Source: Candidatus Saccharimonadales bacterium (GTDB lineage: Bacteria; Patescibacteriota; Saccharimonadia; Saccharimonadales; SZUA-47). Taken from it: a stretch of DNA of 64,000 nucleotides. Where the stretch lies: assembly GCA_041737385.1 (NCBI GenBank), contig JBGSRU010000002.1:141437-205436 (forward strand), read 5' to 3'. The position numbers and the translations under genes are program-made. Positions 45,049-54,922 of this stretch are shown here, in pieces (position 1 is the first letter of the stretch; each line of letters starts with the position of its first letter). The notes beneath the pieces are model-generated. The model ran no database searches, was not told where the DNA came from, and worked only from the letters and a program-made list of their open reading frames with translations.

Positions 45049-47136
45049 ATGGCAGTTAAGAAAACAGCAATTAAAGATATTAGAAACATTGGTATTATCG
45101 CGCATATTGACGCCGGTAAAACCACAACAACTGAAGGTATTCTGCACCGTACAGGATTGAAGCACAAAATTGGTGCGGTTCATGACGGTGAAACAACAAC
45201 TGACTGGATGGCACAAGAGCGTGAGCGTGGTATCACAATCGTTTCAGCAGCAGTCACTTGTTATTGGAAGGGCTGTCAGATCAATATTATTGATACGCCT
45301 GGACACATCGACTTTACGGTTGAAGTAGAACGCTCGCTTCGAGTGCTAGACGCAGCCGTCGTTGTGTTTGACGGTAAAATGGGTGTTGAGTCACAGTCTG
45401 AGACTGTATGGCGCCAAGCCACAAAATACGGCGTTCCTCGTGTTTGTTTTATCAACAAAATCAACCAAACTGGTGGCGATTTCTATAAGTCTCTAGAGAC
45501 CATTCACAACCGCCTGACAAAAGCTGCTTTCCCGATTCACTTGCCTATTGGCTTCGAACAAGCAATCAACGGAGTTGTTGACCTCGTTTCAATGAAATCT
45601 TACACCTACAAAGACTTTACCGACAAAGAATTAGTTGTCGGCGAAATCCCAGAAGGCATGATGGAAGACGTGAAGCGCTATCGTTCACTACTAATCGAAA
45701 ACGCAGTTGCTGAACATGAGCCATCACTCGAAAAATACCTCGAAGTTGGAGAAGAAGGTCTATCAGAAGAAGACATCAGAACCGCAATTAGAGAAGCAGT
45801 GCTAGGTGGTAGATTCTACCCTGTAACTGGTGGCGATGGACGTGGAGTAATTGTCGAAAAAGTACTAGATCTAGTTAATGACTACATGCCAAGCCCAATT
45901 GATCGTGGCTCTACATGGGGAACACATGCAAAGTCTGGTGACAAAATCGAAAGAAAGCCAGATGTCTCTGAGCCACTAGCTGGTCTCGCATTCAAGATCA
46001 CTACAGATCCATTCGTTGGAAAGCTTGCGTATTTTAGAGTTTACTCCGGTAAATTAACTACTGGATCTTATGTGCTCAACAGCTCAAATGGCGAAAAAGA
46101 ACGTATAGGTCGTATTGTACGTATGCAAGCTGACAAGCGAGAAGAGGTAGCTGAAGTTGAAGCTGGCGATATCGCCGCAATCGTTGGCCTCAAGGCTACG
46201 ACAACTGGTCATACACTGTCAGATGCTTCTCATCCTATTGTCTTAGAAAGTATTGATTTCCCAGATCCTCCAGTGAGTATTGCTATCGAGCCAAAGACAA
46301 AATCTGATCAAGAAAAAATGTCAATTGCTTTGCAACGACTTGCCGAAGAAGATCCTACTTTCCGCGTAAGGGTTGATGATGAAACGTCTCAGACTGTCAT
46401 CAGCGGTATGGGTGAGTTACACCTTGAAATCTTAGTAGACCGAATGAAGCGTGAGTTTGATGTAGAAGCAAACATTGGCGCACCGCAAGTTGCTTATCGT
46501 GAAACAATCCGTAAAGATGCAGTTGAAATTCAAGGTAAATTCATCAAACAGTCCGGTGGACGTGGTCAGTACGGCGACGTATGGCTTCGATTGTCTCAGA
46601 ACGAACAAGGTAAAGGCTTCGAGTTCATCAACTCAATCAAAGGTGGATCAGTCCCAGCAGAATACATCAAGCCCGTTCAACAAGGTATTATTGAAGCAAT
46701 GTCGAATGGTGTCTTGGCAGGCTATCCAGTCGTTGACATCAAGGCTGAGCTCTACGATGGTTCATACCACGATGTTGACTCAAACGAAATGGCCTTCAAA
46801 GTGGCTGGTTCAATGGCGCTAAAAGCTGGTGTTAAAGCTGCAAACCCAGTACTACTAGAACCTGTCATGAAAGTTGTCGCAGTTACTCCTGAAGATTTCA
46901 TGGGCGACGTCATCGGTGACTTGAACTCTAAGCGTGGTCGAATTGAATCTATGGAAGATTTGCCTGGCGGCGTAAAAGAGATAACTGCATTTGTTCCGTT
47001 GGGAGAAATGTTTGGCTACACAACCAACCTACGATCAATGACACAAGGTCGCGCAAGCTCATCAATGGAACTCGCACATTACGCTGATGTACCGGGTCAC
47101 GTGACAGACGCAATTGTCGCTAAAAACAGCAAATAA
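45049..47136 (+). CDS. fusA: Elongation factor G
   Basis: G1 AHIDAGKTT, G3 DTPGH, G4 NKID-like INKIN, and domains II-V. Confidence 0.96.
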   Translation: MAVKKTAIKDIRNIGIIAHIDAGKTTTTEGILHRTGLKHKIGAVHDGETTTDWMAQERERGITIVSAAVTCYWKGCQINIIDTPGHIDFTVEVERSLRVLDAAVVVFDGKMGVESQSETVWRQATKYGVPRVCFINKINQTGGDFYKSLETIHNRLTKAAFPIHLPIGFEQAINGVVDLVSMKSYTYKDFTDKELVVGEIPEGMMEDVKRYRSLLIENAVAEHEPSLEKYLEVGEEGLSEEDIRTAIREAVLGGRFYPVTGGDGRGVIVEKVLDLVNDYMPSPIDRGSTWGTHAKSGDKIERKPDVSEPLAGLAFKITTDPFVGKLAYFRVYSGKLTTGSYVLNSSNGEKERIGRIVRMQADKREEVAEVEAGDIAAIVGLKATTTGHTLSDASHPIVLESIDFPDPPVSIAIEPKTKSDQEKMSIALQRLAEEDPTFRVRVDDETSQTVISGMGELHLEILVDRMKREFDVEANIGAPQVAYRETIRKDAVEIQGKFIKQSGGRGQYGDVWLRLSQNEQGKGFEFINSIKGGSVPAEYIKPVQQGIIEAMSNGVLAGYPVVDIKAELYDGSYHDVDSNEMAFKVAGSMALKAGVKAANPVLLEPVMKVVAVTPEDFMGDVIGDLNSKRGRIESMEDLPGGVKEITAFVPLGEMFGYTTNLRSMTQGRASSSMELAHYADVPGHVTDAIVAKNSK

Positions 47137-47140
47137 TACT

Positions 47141-47524
47141 ATGGACTACAAGATACTAGATTCTGGAGCAGAAGGTTGTAAAAGTACCGGAGGCTTTAGG
47201 CGTGTAAATTGTAGTAACGAGATATGGATGCTTAGAAGCGTTTTAAATGAAGTTGAGGTTACTTTGCGCAGAAGCCGTGAGCAGAGTAAGAATATCTCAG
47301 AAGTAGCAGAGATTGTTGCTGAAGGCTTAATGAGCATTGCGCTCCAGGAAGATGATATATATGCTATTCATGAGGCAGATCAAATTAGGGGACTAAGTGC
47401 AGAAGCAGAATCCGACTCACAAACTCATTGCGCTGTAGCTTGTCCCGGCGGAAAATTATTTTCTACACTTTGTCAGGCGAAACTAGTTAGAGTTGATGCA
47501 ATAGGAAATGTGACAGCACTGTAG
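47141..47524 (+). CDS. Hypothetical 127-aa ORF between fusA and tuf
   Basis: An ATG 5 nt after the fusA stop. It contains five Cys (including HCAVACPGG), has no obvious SD and belongs to no family I recognise. Confidence 0.45.
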   Translation: MDYKILDSGAEGCKSTGGFRRVNCSNEIWMLRSVLNEVEVTLRRSREQSKNISEVAEIVAEGLMSIALQEDDIYAIHEADQIRGLSAEAESDSQTHCAVACPGGKLFSTLCQAKLVRVDAIGNVTAL

Positions 47525-47534
47525 TTACATTTGC

Positions 47535-47563
47535 TTGAAAGTACCGACTTAATAAGATATAAT
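47535..47563 (+). promoter_or_regulatory. Near-consensus promoter: TTGAAA, 17 nt, TATAAT
   Basis: The hexamers lie at 47535-47540 and 47558-47563. Confidence 0.6.
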
Positions 47564-47685
47564 TACTGTTGTAACTCGCGTGAGGGCTTTTACTCATGTA
47601 TCAACGATACAAGGGAAGTAAATATGGATCGCGAAAGTAACAATTCATTAAACCCTTAATAAACTAATATCTGATTGCAACCAGT

Positions 47686-47711
47686 CGCCACCACAGCAAA
47701 GTGGCGTTTTT
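47686..47711 (+). terminator. Intrinsic terminator (CGCCAC-N9-GTGGCG plus T5)
   Basis: Read directly. It lies about 140 nt downstream of the 47535 promoter and 130 nt upstream of tuf. Confidence 0.65.
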
Positions 47712-47840
47712 GAGCCAAGAGTCATTTTGCGGAGTCCGAGCATACTTTACGAAAGCGTATAAATATACGGTGAGTAAAGTCGTCGCAGGAATCCACCAAA
47801 TGACTACTCTCAAAAATGGCACGCAATCGAAGGAGAAACA

Positions 47841-49025
47841 ATGGCAGATTTTGACAGAAGCAAGCCGCACGTAAACGTCGGTACTATGGGACACGTTGAC
47901 CATGGTAAAACAACACTAACTGCAGCGATAACATATGTGTTATCAAAGCGACTTCCTAGTGATGTAAACAAACAAATTAACTATGATGAAATTGATAATG
48001 CTCCAGAAGAAAAAGCACGTGGTATCACCATTGCTACTTCTCACCAAGAGTATGAATCAGAACTGCGTCACTATGCGCACGTTGATATGCCAGGTCACGC
48101 TGACTATGTTAAAAACATGATCACCGGTGCTGCACAGATTGATGGTGCTGTACTTGTTGTTTCAGCAGCTGATGGACCTATGCCTCAGACTCGTGAGCAC
48201 GTACTTCTTGCTAAGCAAGTTGGCGTTCCTAAGATTGTTGTCTTCTTGAACAAAATGGACATGGCTGACGAAGAGCTCGTCGAACTTGTTGAAATGGATG
48301 TTCGCGAACTACTTTCTAAGTACGACTATGATGGCGACAATGCACCAATTATCAAAGGTTCTGCTCTAAAAGCTATGGACGGTGATGAAAAGTACATGGA
48401 CGCTATTATGGAATTAGTGACTGCAATGGATACTTATATTGAAGAACCAAAGCGCGAACTAGACAAGAACTTCCTAATGCCTATTGAGGATGTATTCTCA
48501 ATCAAAGGTCGTGGAACAGTTGCAACTGGACGTATCGAAACTGGTGTTGTGAACGTAAACGACGAAGTAGAAATCGTTGGTATACGAGACACACGTAAAT
48601 CAGTTGTTACAGGTATTGAAGCTTTCAAGAAATCTCTTGACCGTGGACAAGCCGGTGACAATGCTGGTATCTTGCTCCGTGGTATTGAGCGAGACGACAT
48701 TGAGCGTGGACAGGTTTTGGCAAAGCCAGGATCAATCACCCCTCATACTGAATTCGACGCAGAAGTTTATATCCTTACAAAAGAAGAAGGTGGTCGACAT
48801 ACTCCTTTCTTCAAAGGATACAAGCCGCAGTTTTACTTCCGTACTACGGACGTAACTGGTGAAGTTGAACTTCCAGCAGACAAAGAAATGGTAATGCCAG
48901 GTGACACAATCACTTTCAAGGTAAAGCTTCTCGCTCCGATCGCTATGGATCAAGGATTACGATTTGCTATCCGTGAAGGTGGTCGCACAGTAGGTGCAGG
49001 TGTCGTCACGAAAATTACAAAATAA
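47841..49025 (+). CDS. tuf: Elongation factor Tu
   Basis: [22 protein letters not shown] and a GAAGGAG SD. Confidence 0.97.
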   Translation: MADFDRSKPHVNVGTMGHVDHGKTTLTAAITYVLSKRLPSDVNKQINYDEIDNAPEEKARGITIATSHQEYESELRHYAHVDMPGHADYVKNMITGAAQIDGAVLVVSAADGPMPQTREHVLLAKQVGVPKIVVFLNKMDMADEELVELVEMDVRELLSKYDYDGDNAPIIKGSALKAMDGDEKYMDAIMELVTAMDTYIEEPKRELDKNFLMPIEDVFSIKGRGTVATGRIETGVVNVNDEVEIVGIRDTRKSVVTGIEAFKKSLDRGQAGDNAGILLRGIERDDIERGQVLAKPGSITPHTEFDAEVYILTKEEGGRHTPFFKGYKPQFYFRTTDVTGEVELPADKEMVMPGDTITFKVKLLAPIAMDQGLRFAIREGGRTVGAGVVTKITK

Positions 49026-49049
49026 TTTTCAGACAAACTTGTCTTAATT

Positions 49050-49084
49050 AAATAAGGAGTCGAGTAATCGGCTCCTTATTTATT
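49050..49084 (+). terminator. Intrinsic terminator after tuf (AAATAAGGAGTCG-N6-CGGCTCCTTATTT)
   Basis: A 13-bp stem with one G-U pair and a T-rich 3' side. Confidence 0.75.
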
Positions 49085-49242
49085 GATAATCGTACACAGA
49101 CGTAACTTATTAATCCGATTGTAAAAATAGGATTTTAAAGTTATAATAACGGAATATACTAAAGTGTATGAATAAAAGTCATTTTGTGTGATCTATATAT
49201 CAACAGAAAGATGTTACATACTACCAAAAAGGAGATACATAA

Positions 49243-49620
49243 ATGGCAGAAGCCAAAGATAGTCCAGCTGCAAAGAAAACCGTTGCTAAAGTTGCGCCTA
49301 AACCAGACCAAGCTCAGAAGCAAAGAATCCGGATTCGTTTAAAAGCTTATGATCACAAAATAATTGATCAATCTGCTAAACAGATTGTCGATACAGCACT
49401 TCGAACTGGTGCAAAGATTGCTGGGCCAATCCCACTCCCTACACGTAAAAGTACATTCACTGTAGTGAAAAGCCCTCACGTCTACAAAAAGGGACGAGAA
49501 CAATTTGAGATGCGTGTACACAAACGTCTTATTGACGTTCTAGAACCAACACCAAAAACAATTGATTCACTTATGAATCTATCTCTTCCTGCCGGTTGTG
49601 ACGCTGAAATAAAGATGTAA
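49243..49620 (+). CDS. rpsJ: 30S ribosomal protein S10 with a 20-25 aa N-terminal extension
   Basis: [21 protein letters not shown]......GA...GPIPLPT core and an AAAGGAG SD. Confidence 0.94.
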   Translation: MAEAKDSPAAKKTVAKVAPKPDQAQKQRIRIRLKAYDHKIIDQSAKQIVDTALRTGAKIAGPIPLPTRKSTFTVVKSPHVYKKGREQFEMRVHKRLIDVLEPTPKTIDSLMNLSLPAGCDAEIKM

Positions 49621-49630
49621 TATCTTTACT

Positions 49631-49670
49631 AAAAAGAAAAAAGCAGCTACTTAGCTGCTTTTTTCTTTTT
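49631..49670. terminator. Bidirectional terminator (A-run, AAGCAGCTA/TAGCTGCTT, T-run) shared by rpsJ and the convergent small gene
   Basis: A 9-bp stem flanked by AAAAAGAAAAAA and TTTTCTTTTT. Confidence 0.75.
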
Positions 49671-49901
49671 ACGTTTATTCTCATAATTTTGCCGGAGCAG
49701 CTCAAATCCGCCTGCTTGTGCTGCATTTAAGCCAGCCCAACCTGCTAACACGACATTTGGCCCCGGAATCAAGATAGCGAGTCCTGCTATTGCCGTAGCT
49801 CCAATAGCATTAATGTTTCTGCCTAACTTGAATAGCTTTTCAGGCTGTGACTCTTTTTCCTTATTGTCGATTTTTTCGCTCATATATCTGTATTTTACCA
49901 C
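49647..49901 (-). CDS. Small membrane protein (84 aa, or 78 aa from the second Met), antisense to the ribosomal operon
   Basis: Two Gly/Ala-rich hydrophobic segments (AIGATAIAGLAILIPG, VVLAGWAGLNAAQAGG) and a Lys-rich C-terminus. Confidence 0.55.
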   Translation of the reverse strand: MVKYRYMSEKIDNKEKESQPEKLFKLGRNINAIGATAIAGLAILIPGPNVVLAGWAGLNAAQAGGFELLRQNYENKRKKKKAAK

Positions 49902-49922
49902 TGATGTGCTACCATAAAAGTA

Positions 49923-50195
49923 ATGGCGAATAAAACAAAAAAGAAACCTAAGGCAGCTGAAACAGATTCGGCGTATTTTTTGAAGTTAGTAATGTATCTC
50001 ATCCTAGGTTCACAGTGGCTTCGAATAGAATCACTTCCAGAATGGAGTATACCTATACCATTAGGACTTTTAATCGGACTTGTATTTGCTTCGCATGATC
50101 ATTTTAAAATCGATCGTAAAATCGAATATGCTTTGCTTCTCGTTGCAACTTTCGTCGCTTTTTGGTTACCAATGGGCATAGTCATTCAGCTATAA
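49923..50195 (+). CDS. Small membrane protein (90 aa)
   Basis: A Lys-rich N-terminus followed by three hydrophobic segments. Confidence 0.6.
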   Translation: MANKTKKKPKAAETDSAYFLKLVMYLILGSQWLRIESLPEWSIPIPLGLLIGLVFASHDHFKIDRKIEYALLLVATFVAFWLPMGIVIQL

Positions 50196-50223
50196 CTGAC
50201 TTCGCTGTAGAATTGTCTACATA

Positions 50224-50253
50224 TTGACTACTGTTATTATTCTGTGCTAAGAT
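50224..50253 (+). promoter_or_regulatory. Putative rplC-operon promoter: TTGACT, 18 nt, TAAGAT, with a TGn extended -10
   Basis: The hexamers lie at 50224-50229 and 50248-50253, with TG at 50245-50246. A 175-nt leader containing hairpins follows. Confidence 0.5.
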
Positions 50254-50428
50254 GTTAGGAATCGTATAACTTGGTGAATCGGTAAGTCTATAACCTAGAA
50301 ACTACCGGCCACCAAGAATTTTTATGTCTTAACAGATGTAAATGCCCGCGACAAATCGATTTATCAAACAATAATTAGAAAGGTTTAGACACCCTTTTGT
50401 CATATGGCAAAAGAATCTAAGTAACACT

Positions 50429-51058
50429 ATGAAAGCACTCATTACGAGAAAACTCGGCATGACAAGTACCATCGCAGAAGACGGTACTGTTCAAGCTGTA
50501 ACTCTGCTTTCCGCTAGTCCTTGTGTCATCACACAAGTCAAAACTGAAGAAGTAGATGGCTATCAGTCACTACAAATCGGCTTTGAGACGACTAAGCGGG
50601 CAAATAAAGCACAAATTAATCACTTTAAAGAATCAAAGGTTCAGCCGAAAATCGTTCGCGAATTCCGCACTGAAGATATCGAACTATCAGAAGACCTCAA
50701 AGTTGGCTCAATGCTAACAGCAGAGGTCTTTTCAGTTGGTGACACTGTTGAAGTTACTGGAAACAGTAAGGGTAAGGGTTTCGCTGGAACAATCAAGCGA
50801 CACAATTTCCACAGACAGCGTGCATCACACGGTGGTAAAGGAAACACTCGTAAACCTGGTTCTATTGGCTCTATGTATCCGCAGAAAATCTTTAAGGGCA
50901 AGAAAATGTCAGGACGAATGGGAAATGAAAGAGTTACCGTGAAAAACCTGAAGATTGCTATTGTTGATGCTGAAAGAGGAATACTCGCCGTTACTGGTGC
51001 AGTTCCAGGCCCAAAGAAGAGCATTGTACTCGTTAAAACAGTGAAAGGAGCTAAATAA
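50429..51058 (+). CDS. rplC: 50S ribosomal protein L3
   Basis: MKALITRKLGMT start and the GKGFAG..KRHNF motif. Confidence 0.95.
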   Translation: MKALITRKLGMTSTIAEDGTVQAVTLLSASPCVITQVKTEEVDGYQSLQIGFETTKRANKAQINHFKESKVQPKIVREFRTEDIELSEDLKVGSMLTAEVFSVGDTVEVTGNSKGKGFAGTIKRHNFHRQRASHGGKGNTRKPGSIGSMYPQKIFKGKKMSGRMGNERVTVKNLKIAIVDAERGILAVTGAVPGPKKSIVLVKTVKGAK

Positions 51059-51714
51059 TGGCGACTCCTACTTACACAGCTAGTGGCGCTAAAGCGACAA
51101 CGCCGGCAAAACTATCTAAAGACATTTTTGCTATAGAATTTCCGAGTCATGAACTCGTAAAACAAGCATATGTTGCATATCAAGCCAACGGACGAGAAAA
51201 CCTCGCGAAGACACTCCGCCGTGGTGAAGTTCGTGGTGGTGGACGAAAGCCTTGGAAACAAAAAGGTACAGGACGTGCTCGTTTTGGTTCAATCCGAGTA
51301 CCTATCTGGCGTGGTGGTGGTATTACATTTGGTCCTCTCGGAAAAGAGAACTATTCAAGAAAGATGCCTATTGCTGCAAAACGACAAGCAATTCGTCATG
51401 CACTGTCTCTAAACCTTGATAACATAATTGTTATCGAAAGTTTTAAGTGCAAAGAAGGTAAAACTTCGGAAACAGCTGCTTTCCTAAACAAGATTGGTGC
51501 ACAGCGAAACGTACTACTAGTTGTTAGCGACAAAGACACACTAGTCGAGCGCGCAACGAGCAACCTCAAGAATGTTAAAGCGGTTCACGCAATGTACCTC
51601 AACGTATTTGACATCATGAATGCTGACACACTTGTTATCGAGCAAAAAGCTTTAGACACCGTTCACGAATGGCTTGCTAAAAAAGTACCCGCTAAAACAA
51701 AGGAGACAAAATAA
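51058..51714 (+). CDS. rplD: 50S ribosomal protein L4
   Basis: GGGRKPWKQKGTGRAR motif. Confidence 0.95.
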   Translation: MATPTYTASGAKATTPAKLSKDIFAIEFPSHELVKQAYVAYQANGRENLAKTLRRGEVRGGGRKPWKQKGTGRARFGSIRVPIWRGGGITFGPLGKENYSRKMPIAAKRQAIRHALSLNLDNIIVIESFKCKEGKTSETAAFLNKIGAQRNVLLVVSDKDTLVERATSNLKNVKAVHAMYLNVFDIMNADTLVIEQKALDTVHEWLAKKVPAKTKETK

Positions 51715-52097
51715 TGTCTGACGTTGTATTAAAACCTCGAATGAGCGAGAAAGCTTATGAGATGAGCCAAAAAGGCGTATTCGTATTCGTCGTTGACGGA
51801 GGGCTTAACAAACATGAGATTGCGAAAGCAGTTGCTGAAACCTACGATGTCACTGTTGAAACCGTCCGTATTGTTATCCAGAACGGTAAAGCAAAACGAC
51901 TGTACCGAAATCGTCGATTTACTGAAGGTATGCGAAGCGACATGAAGAAAGCTTACGTTACCTTGAAAAAAGGTGACAGTATCCCAATATTTGCTGCTGT
52001 TGAAGAAGCAGAAGAAGCCGAGAAAAAAGCTACCGATAAAGCTGATAAGAAAGCTGCAAAGCCTGCGAAAAAATCTAAGAAAGAGGAGAAGAAGTAG
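51714..52097 (+). CDS. rplW: 50S ribosomal protein L23 with a Lys/Ala/Glu-rich C-terminal tail
   Basis: L23 core (KPRMSEKAY...VFVVD..LNKHEIAKAV) and operon position. Confidence 0.93.
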   Translation: MSDVVLKPRMSEKAYEMSQKGVFVFVVDGGLNKHEIAKAVAETYDVTVETVRIVIQNGKAKRLYRNRRFTEGMRSDMKKAYVTLKKGDSIPIFAAVEEAEEAEKKATDKADKKAAKPAKKSKKEEKK

Positions 52098-52099
52098 TC

Positions 52100-52957
52100 A
52101 TGGCTATCAAGACAATGAAACCAACGACTCCCGGTCAGCGTGGAATGACCACTCGTGATTTCTCAGAAATTACCGCTAAGAAGCCGCTAAAATCACTTCT
52201 TAAAGCAAAGAAAATTACTGCTGGTCGTAACAACCAAGGTCGTATCACAACTAGGCACAAAGGCTCAGGGGTAAAACGATTTATCAGAATGGTTAACTTT
52301 AACTTGGCTAGCGGAACCAAGGCAGTCGTTGAAGCGATTGAGTACGATCCAGGTCGAAGCGCGAACATTGCTCGTATCAAAGATCAAGACAATCAGTACC
52401 ACTATATTATTGCTGCTGAAGGTCTAAAAGTCGGTATGAATGTAGAATCTGGTCCAGAAGCACCAATTAGTGTTAGCAACAGACTCCCGCTTAAAGCAAT
52501 ACCTAACGGTGCAACCATCTACGCTGTAGAAATGACACCTGGTAAAGGTGCGCAACTTGTACGTAGTGCTGGTAACCGAGCGCAACTTGTTGCAAAAGAA
52601 GAGAAATACTGCCAAGTTCGACTCCCATCTGGTGAAGTTCGAATGATTTTATCTGAAGCTATGGCAATGATTGGCAATGTTGGAAACATCCAACACCAAA
52701 ACGTTAAGTACGGTAAAGCCGGACGAAAACGTAAAATGGGTATTCGTCCATCAGTTCGTGGTGTTGTGATGAACGCTGCAGATCACCCACACGGTGGTGG
52801 TGACGGTGGTCGTCACGGTATCGGTGGTGGTGTCAACCATGGTTCAGCTCCACGTACGCCGTGGGGACAGAAGACGCTTGGTTTCAAGACTCGTTCTCGT
52901 AGCAAGCCAACAAATAAATTTATCGTGCGCAGTCGCCACGAAGCGAAGAGGAAATAA
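52100..52957 (+). CDS. rplB: 50S ribosomal protein L2
   Basis: GRNN.GRIT.RH.G.G motif and VRGVVMNAADHPHGGG. Confidence 0.96.
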   Translation: MAIKTMKPTTPGQRGMTTRDFSEITAKKPLKSLLKAKKITAGRNNQGRITTRHKGSGVKRFIRMVNFNLASGTKAVVEAIEYDPGRSANIARIKDQDNQYHYIIAAEGLKVGMNVESGPEAPISVSNRLPLKAIPNGATIYAVEMTPGKGAQLVRSAGNRAQLVAKEEKYCQVRLPSGEVRMILSEAMAMIGNVGNIQHQNVKYGKAGRKRKMGIRPSVRGVVMNAADHPHGGGDGGRHGIGGGVNHGSAPRTPWGQKTLGFKTRSRSKPTNKFIVRSRHEAKRK

Positions 52958-52966
52958 GGTAATAAT

Positions 52967-53233
52967 ATGAGTAGATCACTTAAAAAAGGTCCTTTTATTG
53001 ATCCAAAGCTCGCTCGAAAAGTGGCAGCATTGGCTAAAGAAGACCGTACAATTATTAAAACGTGGGCAAGAGCATGCTCTATACCACCAGAATTCGTAGG
53101 ACGCACAATTGCTGTACATAACGGCAAAGTCCATGTACCGGTATTTGTTACTGAAAACATGGTTGGTCACAAGCTAGGTGAATTTAGTCCAACTCGTAAG
53201 TTCCGTAAGCACGGCGGAAAGATGGCGAAATAA
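52967..53233 (+). CDS. rpsS: 30S ribosomal protein S19
   Basis: [10 protein letters not shown] start and [10 protein letters not shown].. motif. Confidence 0.95.
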   Translation: MSRSLKKGPFIDPKLARKVAALAKEDRTIIKTWARACSIPPEFVGRTIAVHNGKVHVPVFVTENMVGHKLGEFSPTRKFRKHGGKMAK

Positions 53234-53235
53234 TC

Positions 53236-53673
53236 ATGACTAAAGATATCCCTACAGTTAAAGCAATCGCTAAAGGTGTTCGTCAAAGTCCACGTAAAGT
53301 TGCTGTTGTTGCAGCACTTGTCCGTGGCCGAACCGTTGCAGATGCTTTGACTATTCTCGATCATGCACCAAGAAGGTCAGCTGGAGCAGTCTATAAAGTA
53401 ATTGCTAGTGCCAGGGCTAATGCCGAGCACAACCACAACTTTAAGCCAGACACATTAGTTATTACTGAAATTACTGTCACTGCTGGACCTCGTATCAAAC
53501 GATACCGACCTGCTGCACATGGCCGAGCGCTTCCGTTCCAACGTAAATCTAGTCATATTCGCGTCACCGTAACGGGAGAGCAACGACAGAATAAGAAAGC
53601 TGTAGCGGCTACGACGAGCGCTACTGATACAGTAGCTAAAAAGACTGCAACTAATAAGAAGGAGAGCAAATAA
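53236..53673 (+). CDS. rplV: 50S ribosomal protein L22 with a C-terminal extension
   Basis: RQSPRKVAVVAALVRGRTV.DAL..L core. Confidence 0.94.
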   Translation: MTKDIPTVKAIAKGVRQSPRKVAVVAALVRGRTVADALTILDHAPRRSAGAVYKVIASARANAEHNHNFKPDTLVITEITVTAGPRIKRYRPAAHGRALPFQRKSSHIRVTVTGEQRQNKKAVAATTSATDTVAKKTATNKKESK

Positions 53674-54302
53674 TGGGCCAAAAAGTTAACCCAATTAGCA
53701 TGCGACTCCAGGTCAATAAAAAGTGGCGAAGTAAATGGTTCGCTGCCAAAAACGAATATGCGAAGTTTTTGACAGACGATCTAGCCGTTCGACGTTATAT
53801 TGATAAAAAAATGGGATCACGTGCAAGTATTAACCTCGTAGAGATTGAACGATCACCGAACCTAGTAACTGTTACAATACAAACTGCAAAAGCCGGTGTT
53901 GTTATCGGCCGTGGTGGTGCTGGTGTCAATGAGCTAAAAGCTGAAATCCAAAAGATTTATGGTGGTGAAGTTCGCGTCAACATTGAAGAAATAAAGAAAC
54001 CAGAACTATATGCAAAACTAGTTGCAGAGAATATCGCTAACCAACTAGAACGAAGAATTGCATTCCGCCGAGCAACGAAGCAATCAGCTGCTGCAACAAT
54101 GCGAGCAGGAGCAAAAGGTATTCGTATCGAAGTTGCAGGAAGGCTTAATGGAGCTGAAATGTCACGACGAGAAAAGACTGTTGAAGGAACTGTACCACTA
54201 CACACGATTCGATCTAACATCGACTTCGCTAGTGTAGGCGCACGAACACCAGCAGGTGTAATAGGTGTAAAAGTATGGATCCATAAAGGGGAGGCACTGT
54301 AA
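53673..54302 (+). CDS. rpsC: 30S ribosomal protein S3
   Basis: [12 protein letters not shown] start and a KH domain GVVIGRGG. Confidence 0.96.
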   Translation: MGQKVNPISMRLQVNKKWRSKWFAAKNEYAKFLTDDLAVRRYIDKKMGSRASINLVEIERSPNLVTVTIQTAKAGVVIGRGGAGVNELKAEIQKIYGGEVRVNIEEIKKPELYAKLVAENIANQLERRIAFRRATKQSAAATMRAGAKGIRIEVAGRLNGAEMSRREKTVEGTVPLHTIRSNIDFASVGARTPAGVIGVKVWIHKGEAL

Positions 54303-54715
54303 TGTTAGTACCAAACCGAACTAAGTTTAGAAAAGTCCGCATCGGAACAAATAAAGGTGTCGCAACTAGTAATAACTTCGTTGCCCACGGTGAATTCGGA
54401 CTTCAATCGCTTGAAAACGAAAGAATCACTTCAAGACAAATCGAAGCCGCACGTCAAGCGATGACTCGTTACACGAAGCGTGGTGGACAAATCTGGATTA
54501 AGATCTTTCCACATACTCCAGTTACCAAAAAACCACAAGACGTTAAAATGGGCGGTGGTAAAGGAAACCCTGAGTATTTTGCAGCTAAAGTTAAAGCTGG
54601 TACGGTTATGTTTGAAATGGGTGGCGTTCCTGAAGAGCAAGCTCGAGAAGCAATGCGACTTGCAGCACATAAACTCCCTGTGAAAACTAGATTTATTACA
54701 CGGACGGGAGCATAA
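54302..54715 (+). CDS. rplP: 50S ribosomal protein L16
   Basis: [11 protein letters not shown] start and RMGGGKG-like [10 protein letters not shown]. Confidence 0.96.
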   Translation: MLVPNRTKFRKVRIGTNKGVATSNNFVAHGEFGLQSLENERITSRQIEAARQAMTRYTKRGGQIWIKIFPHTPVTKKPQDVKMGGGKGNPEYFAAKVKAGTVMFEMGGVPEEQAREAMRLAAHKLPVKTRFITRTGA

Positions 54716-54718
54716 ATC

Positions 54719-54922
54719 ATGCAAAAAATGGAAGACATACGTAAAATGAATGCAGAAGAGCTTGTAAAAGCTACTACTGAACTTCGATCAGAAATAGCAG
54801 AAATGAAACGCCGTATTCACATGGGTGAAGTACAAAACCCACGTGTGGTACGCCTAAAGCGCCGAGACCTCGCAAGAATGCTGACCGTTCTTGGTGAGCA
54901 CCTCGCAAAGGAGAAAGCATAA
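54719..54922 (+). CDS. rpmC: 50S ribosomal protein L29
   Basis: Size, operon position and helical L29 pattern (ELRSEIAEMKRRIHMGEVQNP). Confidence 0.9.
   Translation: MQKMEDIRKMNAEELVKATTELRSEIAEMKRRIHMGEVQNPRVVRLKRRDLARMLTVLGEHLAKEKA

Noticed and set aside
47664-47903. A 79-aa minus-strand ORF across the tuf start region.
   Set aside because: It overlaps the tuf start codon and the plus-strand terminator, and has no supporting signals.
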